Shown here: positions 50,201 through 58,294 of the stretch, one piece after another
Layout of the letters: every line of letters begins with the position of its first letter
How positions within the stretch are numbered: the first letter of the stretch is position 1
Translations under genes and position numbers: made by a program
Virus record (IMG/VR): IMGVR_UViG_3300016476_001378
Source: a virus
Lineage: Duplodnaviria > Caudoviricetes
DNA: 64,000 nt
Reading direction: 5' to 3' (one strand)
The notes under the pieces: model-generated
The model's database searches: none
What the model was told of the DNA's origin: nothing
Seen by the model: the letters and a program-made list of their open reading frames with translations, nothing else

Positions 50201-51867
50201 GCACCAGAAGTTGTAGCTGCGGCATTTGTGGAGTTTGTAATTGTGACAATGCCAGCTGAATCTACTGTGACTAATGCTGCAGCACTTGAACTTTGAATTT
50301 TAAGTAAATCACCAGTTTGAGCGCCTGCGCCACTAGCTTTTAACAAAAGGGGAGTATTACCTACAGCCTGGGCTGTAATTGTTAAATGAGATGTTGTCGT
50401 AGCAGTGGAATAATCTAAAGCAGTAGCATCGTCTACAACTGTGCCTGCTCCAGCGTAGTATGCAATTTTGCCATCTGCGCCTGTGCTGACAGTACCTGAG
50501 CCACCTGATGTAGCATTGATAGTAATGGAACCATTGCCATTGGTAATTGAAATATTGGTTCCAGCTGTTAATGTGGCCTTGGTTAATGTATTGCCTGAAG
50601 AGTTGCCAATTAAAAGTTGACCATCAGTGTATGTTGTTTGACCTGTGCCACCGCTCGATACAGGCAATGTGCCAACACTAACGACGCCAGTGGAAGCATA
50701 CAATGCACCAGAAGCAGATCCAAGAGTTAAAGAGCCAGGAATTGTAACAGTTCCATCGGAGGCTATTTTGAATCTATCTGTGAATGAAGGCGTAGCAGAA
50801 TAAGATGTTGCTACAGCAGATTTCCAAATTAAAGTTCCAGCAACTGACGCTCCTGATGTAGGCTGAACTTCTGATCTGAATCTAACAATATTAGAAGTTG
50901 CTGTAGAAGTGTTCCATGCGGAACCATTCATTTCAAAGCCTGGAGAATAATTAACTGTTTGACCACTCGTCGCTAAATTGTAATTATAGAGTTCCAGAGC
51001 GTAAGATGATGTGGTACCGTTAGTCAATAACTTGCCAATAGAAACTACACTATTATTAAAATATGCTATAGAATCATTGGCTGTAGAGTTTATAGTTAAT
51101 GGATAATACCAAGATGGTGTCCCAGTGTCTATAGATGACGCGAGTACAAATTCTGTTTGTGGGCTAGTGCCAGGATTGACAGCCATGCCAAGACGCATTC
51201 TTGCATCATTGGAGGCAGCAGTTACAGTTGTGTTCCAAACTTTGCCCTTAAATTCCATCCAAGATGGAAATTGATATTGACCACCGCTTGTTGCCAACGA
51301 AGTATTAACAATTTGGAGGCCACTTGATTCGGTCGAACTGATACCACTCTTGTCAATAACAACATTTGGTACAGTAGTGGATGTATTTGTAAAATCACCA
51401 GCTGATGCAAAAAGTGACCATCTATAAGAAGATGTTCCTAAATTTGCGCCAGTGGTTGCAGGGTAAATAGGTGTAGCAGAATCAGAAAAAACTAATCTAT
51501 CTGTACCTGTAGATGGAGTTATTCTGAAAGAAATAGCAGTATAGGAACCAGATGCATTAGTTGTCAATGACAACGATGTATCATTGGTAATTGTGCTAAC
51601 GGTTCCTATACTTGTGCCTTGTGCGGTGTATAAAATAGCACCTTGGGCGAGTTGTGTAGTAAAGGCTGTACCGCTGCCTGTGACAGCTGTTGTAGCCGCA
51701 CCAGTAGTTATAGTACCTGATGGGGCAGCGGTATAACCTAAAGAATAACCAACAACCTTAATTAAATCAGAACCATTGCCAGATATAGCAATTGATTGCG
51801 CTGTAGTTTGACTATCATTCCAATAAATTTGACCTGTCAGCGGATCAATAATAATATCTACGGCCAT
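41203..51867 (-). CDS. Giant tail-fibre-like protein (3554 aa)
   Basis: Many GTL.(L/V).NGGTG repeats, 60-aa tandem repeats, DAATK.YVD...QGLD..GDRVLV..NGIY..LTRATD domain; very T/S/G/A-rich. Confidence 0.85.
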   Translation of the reverse strand: MAVDIIIDPLTGQIYWNDSQTTAQSIAISGNGSDLIKVVGYSLGYTAAPSGTITTGAATTAVTGSGTAFTTQLAQGAILYTAQGTSIGTVSTITNDTSLSLTTNASGSYTAISFRITPSTGTDRLVFSDSATPIYPATTGANLGTSSYRWSLFASAGDFTNTSTTVPNVVIDKSGISSTESSGLQIVNTSLATSGGQYQFPSWMEFKGKVWNTTVTAASNDARMRLGMAVNPGTSPQTEFVLASSIDTGTPSWYYPLTINSTANDSIAYFNNSVVSIGKLLTNGTTSSYALELYNYNLATSGQTVNYSPGFEMNGSAWNTSTATSNIVRFRSEVQPTSGASVAGTLIWKSAVATSYSATPSFTDRFKIASDGTVTIPGSLTLGSASGALYASTGVVSVGTLPVSSGGTGQTTYTDGQLLIGNSSGNTLTKATLTAGTNISITNGNGSITINATSGGSGTVSTGADGKIAYYAGAGTVVDDATALDYSTATTTSHLTITAQAVGNTPLLLKASGAGAQTGDLLKIQSSSAAALVTVDSAGIVTITNSTNAAATTSGALKVTGGIGVQGTSYLATTNISALAISGDITSATASLNVLNANVTTLNIGGGATSLGLGSSTGTATINNTTVAFPNATSFTGTSGTVTFLGSATSATVFGSATTLTLGATSGTGTIRNATIDFPNATTISGSTGLATVFSAANPASLAVFGAATTATIFGSATTLTLGATSGTGTIRNATIDFSNATTISGSSGLATVFSAANPASLAVFGAATTATIFGAATTLTLGATSGTGTIRNATIDFPNATTISGSSGLATVFSAANPASLAVFGAATTATIFGSAATLTLGATSGTGTIRNATIDFPNATTINGSSGLATVFSSANPASLAVFGAATTATIFGSATALTLGTTSGTATVRNATLALPNVTSITGTTAAITMFGESTSLTLSNTTAASTLNLASGNNGANAKTVNIGTGGTGAGASNVNVGASTGTFTVNMATSNIGTTAVSGTVAVLSSSFTANNATTFSATSATTLSLGSSTGTATISNTTVSFPNATVISGSTGLATVFSAANPASLAVFGAATTATIFGAATALSLGSSTGTATISNTTVSFPNATVISGSSGLATVFSAANPASLAVFGAATTATIFGSATALTIGSSTGTTTIRNTTVTFTNATNFTGTTGTVAFLAEPTTVTAFAAATTGTVFGTTSTATFNFATGVLSSGQTKTINIGTGGVATSTTAITIGNTSNTTNSTISFAGNRIQNVGEPTQPQDAATKYYVDSFQQGLDLHESVKATSGLAAIGTSVLYFQTQAPSTTSGSSASGSYIESVNNEALSTTYFDSQSLIVGDRVLVASGASTTTYNINGVTTTPTGGTNVMNGIYTVTSVGGVGSKWKLTRATDTDDNIELEGGTFTFVQTGSLYADSAWVCTTDTHTTLIAIGSDAINFTQFSGAGQITAGAGLTKTGNTIDIGAGTGITVNTDTIQISATYVGQTSIDTLGTVTTGTWSASTIALNKGGTGTTSYANNNGLIYFDNGNSRFTSLATGATTTVLVGGGASAPSFAQVNLTNMVTGTLPLGNGGLGTTTFTQYGILYGNAATSVLVTAAGSTDQVLKSGGGSGAPSWGAINLSSTNAITGTLPISNGGTGSTTATSAINALLPAQTGNGGKYLTTDGTSASWGTVAASPGGSNGQIQFNNSSSFGGAAALIYSSATTTAHLTITSQAVGNTPLLLKGIASQSANLFDVQNSSGTSLINVASTGSGVGAKLQILGTSSNQDDLFYVANGGNMTITGGYAGQRGLRTGFRTNGNNTADRYFWSIGRGYDGFGYFGFGCDESTGVGFNVNSATEGFPLSAKRIEDATTNTVTDVLNIERSTSGTAAAGIGARISYRQEHAGGTVVNTIGLDGILSDAGSTTYVGALSIKTNDTGTTTLVERARFDNTDLALYPYGTTAGSTYELRFMELAANGSNYIGFKGPDSVTTNYTYVWPSGAPSAGQLLSASAPVSGVVTLSWATDQLGTSGGGITSLNGLSAASQSFANDTNVTISSVTSTHTLGWSGTLAVGRGGTGTSTAPTQYGVTYGLSTTALAYTAAGSTDQVLKSGGGSGAPSWGAISLGSSNAVSGTLAVTNGGTGQTTYTDGQLLIGNSSGNTLTKATLTAGTNISITNGNGSITINATSGGSGTVGSGTANQIAYYSGTTTTASAASMVYSTATTTSHLTITAQAVGNNPLKLVGATSQTADLFTVATSGGTVFNISSTGIINSGTWNGTTIAVGYGGTGTSTAPTQWGVIFATSTSQYASTGAGSTDAPLLARTTGAPAFAALPLGSSNAVTGILGVTNGGTGTSSFTTNTILTSGATTTGAVTTATALAYSASNQHLTITAQGAATSPLRLVGATSQTADLFQIYSTSAGTVLGSVGAFGGATFTSLATSATTPATALLVTGAAHTALNTATEYSDVYFNFGQTKTFATGAIATLRTFRIAPATYAFSGASTVTNAATFQIDGAPTAGTNATLTEAAALRILTGTASGKGLVIRGSSSQTGNYIDVQNNSGTSLVTLGTTNINLGPHGASAGNTFELRFSELAANGSEYIAFKAPDAITTSYTYVWPSGAPGSGQLLSASAPSTTGVVTLSWATDQLGTSGGGITSLNSATGASQTFSNDTNVTITTNTGTNTHALGWTGSLAIGRGGIGTTSLTTSNAIVYFDNANSKLATLGTGATTTVLVGGGASAPSFAQVNLTSMVTGTLPLANGGLGTTTFTQYGVLYGNAATSVLVTAAGSTDQVLKSGGGTGAPSWGAISLGSSNAVSGILGLTNGGTATSSFATTNGLIYYTGSALATLATTVSGVLVTNGSGVPSVSTDIPTAVTIGGSYVYRAGGTDVALADGGTGQSTYSNGDILYYNSTSSTTALTKLGIAATSGYFLTSTGSAPQWSQTLGLANGGTGLTSGGTGNYILGMNSGGSALEYKQLVQGSNITITHGAGTITIASSGVGSSAVPGGSDTNVQYNSGGTTFAGTSYFAYNYTTALLTLTASTSIQTTSTAALELANNTAPSTSIPNHYSPAVDFAGRFWTAGASYYAKFREELQTTAATPSHALVWKSSSTTSTTASFTNRMALDTTKGLGLYAYSGAGAGTNASFFKAGAQTSDFNYTLPTTAPSTSQILSVSAVSGSDITLAWANDATGGGGGGTVSSGTANQLAYYSGVTTTASAPALVYSATGTHLTITAQGASTSPLKVVGAASQSASIFTVSTSGGDVLTVDSSGFTSITGLSDTGVTFQNSTTTTKKFKFDAASITAGNTRTITIPDATTTMVGTDATQTLTNKTLSAAVVTTSASVTAAGTTSGTATALTSDYNVVTSSSATTEPFNGVILPAATTGRMITVVNRSTNPIYIYPQSGSTIDDSANAELLSINRAHTFMAASTTSWYQVAGAHKTVLLTFCTGYTPATTGADSVILRLPDNSDNAGNPSYYVPRELNVRVETPSSGTSAVQVEYYTGTTAFSATNLLSSALSVTGASTYEFTSTGFSTTTLSSGTKLRVNFTSLNTTHANFFVQLIVEER
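49195..49915 (-). repeat. Four tandem 180-bp (60-aa) repeats
   Basis: The segment AG(G/A)GAAATCTATAGT recurs at 49291, 49471, 49651 and 49831. Confidence 0.9.
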
Positions 51868-51869
51868 TC

Positions 51870-52127
51870 TTATTCCTTAACTAAAATTGATTCTGTGTAT
51901 TCCAGTAATTTTTCAATTATTGCTATCCTGATATCGCTTGAATTTTTACCTAGACTTGCGAAATCATCTCCACTTATTGTAAAGAGATTTTTCTCAATAA
52001 CATTTTTATTATAGTCCAGGAATGCGAAATACATTCGTATTCCTGTTTCTATATTAATGTTGCCTTCTTCTAGTTGTATCCAAGCGATATTCGGATTCGC
52101 TTCTCTAAATATTCTAAACACATGCAT
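51870..52127 (-). CDS. Small protein between fibre genes (possible assembly factor)
   Basis: 85 aa, coupled to both fibre genes. Confidence 0.6.
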   Translation of the reverse strand: MHVFRIFREANPNIAWIQLEEGNINIETGIRMYFAFLDYNKNVIEKNLFTISGDDFASLGKNSSDIRIAIIEKLLEYTESILVKE

Positions 52128-55100
52128 TACTGTTCGATTTCTAAAGGAGCATCGAGTCTTGAACCATGGATGATATAATCAACCTTGATAGACTTGAACT
52201 TCTTTACAAGGGCATTGCTTGACAATTCAATTATAAAGTAATTTTCTGTCTTTTCTACAATATGTACTGCATAATTACCCCAAGGTGTCAATTGAATTGT
52301 GTAATTTTCACCAACAAGTTTATGCCAATACTCTGGTAATTCGACGACAAGCTTGCCCTTACCTTCTACAGTACCTCTATGGTAGACACCATGTTCTGGG
52401 CCTTCAAGAACACCGTAGACAAGTCTCATACCTGGCTTAGTTGGGTGTTCAATATCAAAGCTCTTGGTTGTAGCTCTCAAGTTACCATTTGCATCAATAG
52501 AGAACTTATCTACCCCATTTAACTGGCCAACAATGATCTTGCCAGAAGTAGCACCTGATGGCACATTGATGTTAACAGCAGTGCCAGATGTCAATGATGA
52601 AGGGTTAACATAAAGCGCAGCAGCTGAACCTGTGCCAGTAGTAGTACCAGGTATCCATGTAAGCAATGAACCTGTCGCTAAAGCAGTTGTGCTAGAAGCA
52701 TAAACCAATGCATTAGCAGTAAACGAACTGTTCGATCCAGTACCACCATTGGTAGAAGCAAGAGTTCCACTTACGTCTGTGCCAAGAGCGACTTGTGAGA
52801 ATGTAACATTAGTGCCGTCTGTTCTAAGTACTCTATTTGCAGTTACGCCAGATGCCCATGACGGAACACCAGAAGAGTTGGAGACAAGAGCGGATGATGC
52901 ACTTGTTGCCAAACCACCAACTGTATCAGTTGCAGAAGCATAAAGAATGGTTCCTGCTGTATAGGTGGTAGCCATTGTGGCTGTTGACCATACTGGATAG
53001 TTACCTGTGCCAGTACCTGTCGATACAAGATGTTTATTGGCTGCTGCAGGAGCGACTGATAACAAACCTGTTGCTGCAGTTGAGCCAGCATAAACCACTC
53101 CGCCGAAGTTGTATGATGAGGTTCCTGTACCACCAGCGCCTACGGCAAGAGTTCCCGTTACAGCATTAGTAGAGCTAAGGTTAATTGCACCGAAGCTTAC
53201 GTTTGTGCCATTGTATCTAAGAACTGTGTCCACTGTAGATGCAGTAATGTCGGCAACGTTTCCTGTACCAGTGTCTGTTTTACCAATAACAGAGAATCCA
53301 GCACTTTGTCTCAACATCGCATTGGTTACTTTGTTCGTTCCAATTGCAGTTGTACCAGTACCATTGATTGTTACGTCACCAGTAACTGTTGTCCAAGCAA
53401 CTGCAGTACCGGTTGTAGCAGACAATAATAACTGTCCAGATGTTGCGGCACCCGTAGTTACAAGTTTGCTACCATCATAATAAGCAAGACCATTTGTTGT
53501 TGCGAATGATGAAGTTCCTGTACCGCCATTGCCAACTGGAAGAGTACCAGAAATAGCAGCAGCCTGGTCCAGAGCAACTGTACCCCAAGTTGGCGCACCT
53601 GAAACACCAGCTACGAATACCTTGTATTGTGTCGACGTACTTGTTAATGTAACTGTGCCAGTGCCATTACCAACAAGCACAGCATTAGATGTTAATGACG
53701 AGGTTCCTGTACCACCATTTCCTACAGGCAAGATGCTTGAACCAACTGCGTTTGAAGACGCAAGGTTGATTGAGCCAAAGGAAGGAGCACCTGTGCCAGC
53801 ACCGGACTTCAACACTTGATCAGCAGAACCTGTTGCCGTTACAAGGATTGATGTACCAGCATTGCCATAAAGAACACCATACTGCGTAAATGAAGTGGTC
53901 CCCAAACCGCCATTTGCGAGCGGAAGAGTTCCAGTAACCATGGTTCCTAAGTTAACTTGAGCGTATGTTGGCAAGTTACCAGCACCTGCACCAACAAGAA
54001 CTGTAGTTGCTGCACCAGTTGTTAATGTTGAAAGTCTAGTGTTGCCATTGTCAAAATAAATGAGGCCATTATTGCTTCCATAAGTAGTAGTGCCTGTACC
54101 ACCTCTAGCAAGCGCTATAGTACTTGCAGTCCAAGTACCTGTAGTAATAGTACCGAGTGTGGTGATGGAAGTTTGACCCACATAAGTAGAGGCAATGTCA
54201 ATTGCATCAGCGCTTACAGAAATTCTATTTGCTGTACCAACAGCATCAATTGTATTCCCGTTCTTTGTAAGACCATCGCCAGCATTGATCTGTCCTGCAC
54301 CAGAGAATTGAGTAAAGTTGATAGCAGCAGAGCCAATAGCAATTAATGTTGTATGTGTGTCAGTGGTACAAACCCAAGCAGAATCTGCATAAAGCGAACC
54401 TGCTTGCACGAACGTAAACGTACCACCCTCCAACTCAATATTGTCATCTGTGTCTGTTGCTCTTGTAAGTTTCCATTTTGAACCAGCACCACCAACGGAA
54501 GTAACAGTATAAATACCATTCATTACATTGGTACCACCAGTAGGTGCTGTAGTTACACCATTGATGTTATATGTAGTTGTGGAAGCGCCAGATGCAACAA
54601 GAACTCTATCACCAACTATCAAACTTTGACTATCAAAGTATGTTGTAGACAGTGCTTCATTATTTACAGATTCAATGTAAGAACCAGACGCCGAAGAGCC
54701 ACTTGTTGTACTAGGAGCTTGAGTCTGGAAATACAATACAGATGTGCCGATTGGTGCCAAGCCTGAAGTCGCCTTTACAGACTCGTGAAGATCTAATCCC
54801 TGCTGGAATGAATCAACATAGTATTTTGTTGCAGCATCTTGTGGCTGTGTAGGTTCACCAACGCTTTGAATTCTGTTTCCATTGAAGCTTATAGTACTAT
54901 TTGAAGTATTAAGAGCAGCACCAATGTAAATAACAGTAGTTGATGTCGCTACCGCATTGCTACCGATGTTAATTGTTCTGGTATTACCAGAACCAAGAGT
55001 ACCCGCACCAAAGTTAATTGTAGAGGTTGCGGTGGTGCCAAACATTGTGCCTGTAGTGGCACCTGCAAATGCAGTTACTGTTGTTGGTTCTGCGAGGAAT

Positions 55101-57307
55101 GCCACTGTTCCAGTTGTACCTGTAAAAGCTGTGGCATTGGTAAATGTTACAGTGGTATTCCTGATTGTCGTGGTGCCAGTAGCTGCGCCAAGAGTCAATC
55201 CAGTTGCACCACCAAATGCAGTTGCTGTCGATGGCTCTGCCAAGAATGCTACTGTGCCAGATGTACCAGTGAAGTTTGTAGCATTGGTAAATGTTACAGT
55301 GGTATTTCTAATTGTTGTAGTGCCAGTAGCAGCACCCATAGTTAATGCCGTGCCTGAGCCAAAGATCGTTGCTGTTGTAGCAGCACCAAATACAGCAAGT
55401 GAAGATGGGTTAGCAGATGAGAAAACTGTTGCGAGACCAGAAGATCCACTGATGGTTGTAGCATTAGGGAAGTCTATGGTAGCATTTCTAATTGTGCCAG
55501 TACCAGATGTCGCACCCATGGTAAGAGCTGTCGCCGCACCAAAGGCGTTTACAGTTGTAGCCCCAGTATTAAATAATGTTAAACTTGTTGTACCAGTTGC
55601 AATAGTCGGATTGCCAATTGTCAAAGTACCTGTTGAAGAGCCAAGTCCCAAAGTTGCTGCTGCACCAAAGATTGTTGCAGTAGTAGCAGCACCAAATACA
55701 GCAAGAGATGATGGGTTAGCAGACGCAAAAACTGTGGCAAGTCCAGTAGAACCACTAATGGTTGTAGCATTAGGGAAATCTATGGTCGCATTTCTAATTG
55801 TGCCAGTGCCTGATGTAGCACCCATGGTCAAAGAAGAAGCTGAGCCAAAGATTGTTGCAGTAGTGGCAGATCCAAATACAGCAAGCGAAGATGGATTGGC
55901 AGATGCGAAAACTGTGGCAAGGCCAGTAGAACCACTAATGGTTGTAGCATTAGGGAAATCTATAGTAGCATTTCTAATCGTGCCAGTGCCAGATGTCGCA
56001 CCCATGGTAAGAGCTGTTGCTGCACCAAAAGCGTTTACGGTGGTAGCACCAGTGTTAAACAGTGTTAAACTTGTAGTACCAGTTGCAATAGTAGGGTTGC
56101 CAATTGTCAAAGTACCTGTTGAAGAACCGATACCCAAAGTGGACGCAGCGCCAAATGCAGCAATAGTTGAAGCACCTGTGTTAAACAATGTTAAATTTGT
56201 AGTACCAGTTGCAATAGTCGGGTTACCAATTGTTAAAGTGCCTGTTGAAGAACCGATTCCTAAAGTCGCTGCTGCGCCAAATGCTGTAACCGATGTAGAT
56301 GCACCAAAGAATGTTATTGCAGATGCTGTACCTGTAAAACTTGTAGCATTTGTAAATGTTACAGTAGTATTACCAACTGTAAGTGTGCCAGTGGATGCGC
56401 CTATATTAATACTGGTAGCTGCCTGGCCCATATTTAATGTAGTAGCATTAGCATTGAAAACTGAAGCAGTTCCAGCGCCAGTAGTTATGTCCAAGCCATT
56501 AACAGCAAGGTCGCCAGCAATGGTCAAATTACCATTGGTGCCATTGAGCACAGGAGAATATGTTGCATCGCCTGTATAAACGATTCTATTTGTAGTGCCA
56601 TCACCAACATCAGAAATAAATAATGGGTACAATGTACTATCAGAATTATTTGCTGAAGCTGTGATCTGGTTGGCTGAAGTTACGTCAGTGGTATAGGCAA
56701 TTTGCTTAGCATTTGTACCGTCACCAACAGAAAGTCTAGTTGAGCCTGGAACCCAAGAAAGCACACCTGCACTAGTAGAAGCTGAAACTGTATTAGTTCC
56801 AAAGTTCATGTAGTCGGTATCAATAGTACCTGTAAATGGGTGAATCCAAATCTTTGCAACTGAGTTGGTAGTTGAGCCACCATAAGTACCCGCTGGTGCA
56901 AGGTTTAAAGTGCCATTATAACCACCAAATGCAAGAACTGGATTGTTTGCATCATCAGAATAGTTAAAAAGAGTAGATCTTCTTGTTGTACCTGTTGCAT
57001 CAGTAATATTATCTGTTGGAACTGTAGCTGGTTCAATCCAATAGAAGTTAATTTGAGAGGCTGCAGAAGCAGTTGTTCCACCAAAGCCAGGTATGATTAA
57101 AATGTCTTTATTACCACCTGATGTTGGTGCAGTGCCAGAAGCGGCAAAAGCTGTGAAGCCCTGATCACTAAAAGCCTGTACAGGCTCGCTTTGTGCTTCA
57201 ACTTGTGGTTGGCTATCAATTGGCTCATCTGTCAGATCGACGGCCATGTTTTTTTCTTTAAGTTTTGCCAGAACTTTTTCGCTAAAATTATCGGGTGTGT
57301 TTGCCAT
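52127..57307 (-). CDS. Long tail-fibre-like protein (1726 aa)
   Basis: Shares the 60-aa repeats and the QGLD domain with the 3554-aa protein; C-terminal ATTKSFDIEHP...L.YG.LEGPE.GVY.RG..LPEYW..LV domain typical of phage fibres. Confidence 0.85.
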   Translation of the reverse strand: MANTPDNFSEKVLAKLKEKNMAVDLTDEPIDSQPQVEAQSEPVQAFSDQGFTAFAASGTAPTSGGNKDILIIPGFGGTTASAASQINFYWIEPATVPTDNITDATGTTRRSTLFNYSDDANNPVLAFGGYNGTLNLAPAGTYGGSTTNSVAKIWIHPFTGTIDTDYMNFGTNTVSASTSAGVLSWVPGSTRLSVGDGTNAKQIAYTTDVTSANQITASANNSDSTLYPLFISDVGDGTTNRIVYTGDATYSPVLNGTNGNLTIAGDLAVNGLDITTGAGTASVFNANATTLNMGQAATSINIGASTGTLTVGNTTVTFTNATSFTGTASAITFFGASTSVTAFGAAATLGIGSSTGTLTIGNPTIATGTTNLTLFNTGASTIAAFGAASTLGIGSSTGTLTIGNPTIATGTTSLTLFNTGATTVNAFGAATALTMGATSGTGTIRNATIDFPNATTISGSTGLATVFASANPSSLAVFGSATTATIFGSASSLTMGATSGTGTIRNATIDFPNATTISGSTGLATVFASANPSSLAVFGAATTATIFGAAATLGLGSSTGTLTIGNPTIATGTTSLTLFNTGATTVNAFGAATALTMGATSGTGTIRNATIDFPNATTISGSSGLATVFSSANPSSLAVFGAATTATIFGSGTALTMGAATGTTTIRNTTVTFTNATNFTGTSGTVAFLAEPSTATAFGGATGLTLGAATGTTTIRNTTVTFTNATAFTGTTGTVAFLAEPTTVTAFAGATTGTMFGTTATSTINFGAGTLGSGNTRTINIGSNAVATSTTVIYIGAALNTSNSTISFNGNRIQSVGEPTQPQDAATKYYVDSFQQGLDLHESVKATSGLAPIGTSVLYFQTQAPSTTSGSSASGSYIESVNNEALSTTYFDSQSLIVGDRVLVASGASTTTYNINGVTTAPTGGTNVMNGIYTVTSVGGAGSKWKLTRATDTDDNIELEGGTFTFVQAGSLYADSAWVCTTDTHTTLIAIGSAAINFTQFSGAGQINAGDGLTKNGNTIDAVGTANRISVSADAIDIASTYVGQTSITTLGTITTGTWTASTIALARGGTGTTTYGSNNGLIYFDNGNTRLSTLTTGAATTVLVGAGAGNLPTYAQVNLGTMVTGTLPLANGGLGTTSFTQYGVLYGNAGTSILVTATGSADQVLKSGAGTGAPSFGSINLASSNAVGSSILPVGNGGTGTSSLTSNAVLVGNGTGTVTLTSTSTQYKVFVAGVSGAPTWGTVALDQAAAISGTLPVGNGGTGTSSFATTNGLAYYDGSKLVTTGAATSGQLLLSATTGTAVAWTTVTGDVTINGTGTTAIGTNKVTNAMLRQSAGFSVIGKTDTGTGNVADITASTVDTVLRYNGTNVSFGAINLSSTNAVTGTLAVGAGGTGTSSYNFGGVVYAGSTAATGLLSVAPAAANKHLVSTGTGTGNYPVWSTATMATTYTAGTILYASATDTVGGLATSASSALVSNSSGVPSWASGVTANRVLRTDGTNVTFSQVALGTDVSGTLASTNGGTGSNSSFTANALVYASSTTALATGSLLTWIPGTTTGTGSAAALYVNPSSLTSGTAVNINVPSGATSGKIIVGQLNGVDKFSIDANGNLRATTKSFDIEHPTKPGMRLVYGVLEGPEHGVYHRGTVEGKGKLVVELPEYWHKLVGENYTIQLTPWGNYAVHIVEKTENYFIIELSSNALVKKFKSIKVDYIIHGSRLDAPLEIEQ

Positions 57308-57333
57308 ATTAAAACAGACTCCTAGGAAAATTT

Positions 57334-58293
57334 TTAAGAGCTTTTATACTCTGTTTGTAGTGGAGCATCTCGTCTGCTTCCAAAGACTTCAAAGCTGAAT
57401 TCTATGAATTTTCTTCTTGAGAAAATTCCTCCACACCTTCTGACTACAAATCCTTTTTGTGACTGCGAGTGAACAAAAATAGGATAGTTGCCATACGATG
57501 TTAGGGAAATAGTATACTCTGCAACTAATTCGTCCCAGTACTCTGGTAGTTCGACAAAAACATCGCCATGACCAGAAATTTTACCCCTATGATAAACACC
57601 ATTTTCGGGGCCCTCAAGACAACCATAGACTAATCTATAACCTTCTTTTGTAGGGTGAGGGATATCGAAACTTTTAGAAGTTGCGCGTAAAACACCATTT
57701 ATAAAAATTGTATTGCTATCTGGCTGCGAGATGATAGAATCTGCTAAAGTATTACTATCAGACCAAATTGGAATGTAATCAGTTGTTCCTGATCCATCGA
57801 CTACACCTGAGGCTCCAGCAACACCCTTGGAGCCTACATATCTATAACCACTAATTTTAAACCCAGTGGCAGTTGAGTGGGTATTTTGAAAATTTAAAAT
57901 ACCTGTTTGATAATCAAAAATCCATCCTGAAGAATCTGTTAACGGAATTAAATTATCATCTTGATCATAAAGATTGATTGCATAAGTGGATGTTGGGTCC
58001 CCATCAAATTTATCAGAAATCCAATCTTTTAATCTATTACCAAGTCCATCGGTTGCATACCAAGATTGCGATCCTGCCACAGTTGTATCAGGAGTCAAAT
58101 CTAATAAAGTATGAACTTCTACGATAGAAGTTGTTGATACTGGGGGCGTTCCTGGTATGTTTTGTGCCCAAATTTCTGAGGCGTGGACATTGATGGTATA
58201 ATCACCAATCTCTTCATACGCTCTCTTTGTCGAGGACGTTACTCTTTTATTAAATAATTTTTTAAAGGTAAAATCAGTTTGCGTCCAAGACAT
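57334..58293 (-). CDS. Virion structural protein with the same C-terminal KSFDI.HP domain
   Basis: W.FDY..GIL.F...I.GYRYVG.KG; ATSKSFDIPHPTK...CLEGPENGVYHRG; start trimmed to MSWTQ. Confidence 0.75.
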   Translation of the reverse strand: MSWTQTDFTFKKLFNKRVTSSTKRAYEEIGDYTINVHASEIWAQNIPGTPPVSTTSIVEVHTLLDLTPDTTVAGSQSWYATDGLGNRLKDWISDKFDGDPTSTYAINLYDQDDNLIPLTDSSGWIFDYQTGILNFQNTHSTATGFKISGYRYVGSKGVAGASGVVDGSGTTDYIPIWSDSNTLADSIISQPDSNTIFINGVLRATSKSFDIPHPTKEGYRLVYGCLEGPENGVYHRGKISGHGDVFVELPEYWDELVAEYTISLTSYGNYPIFVHSQSQKGFVVRRCGGIFSRRKFIEFSFEVFGSRRDAPLQTEYKSS

Positions 58294-58294
58294 T

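Noticed and set aside
47470-55340. Diversity-generating retroelement template/variable repeat pair
   Set aside because: Differences are mostly synonymous and not adenine-specific; no reverse transcriptase in the window
48074-56579. Long plus-strand ORFs (695 aa at 48074, 540 aa at 54957) and many shorter V/P/A-rich ORFs over the fibre genes
   Set aside because: Antisense shadows of Thr/Gly/Ala/Ser codon repeats; no SD and mirror composition
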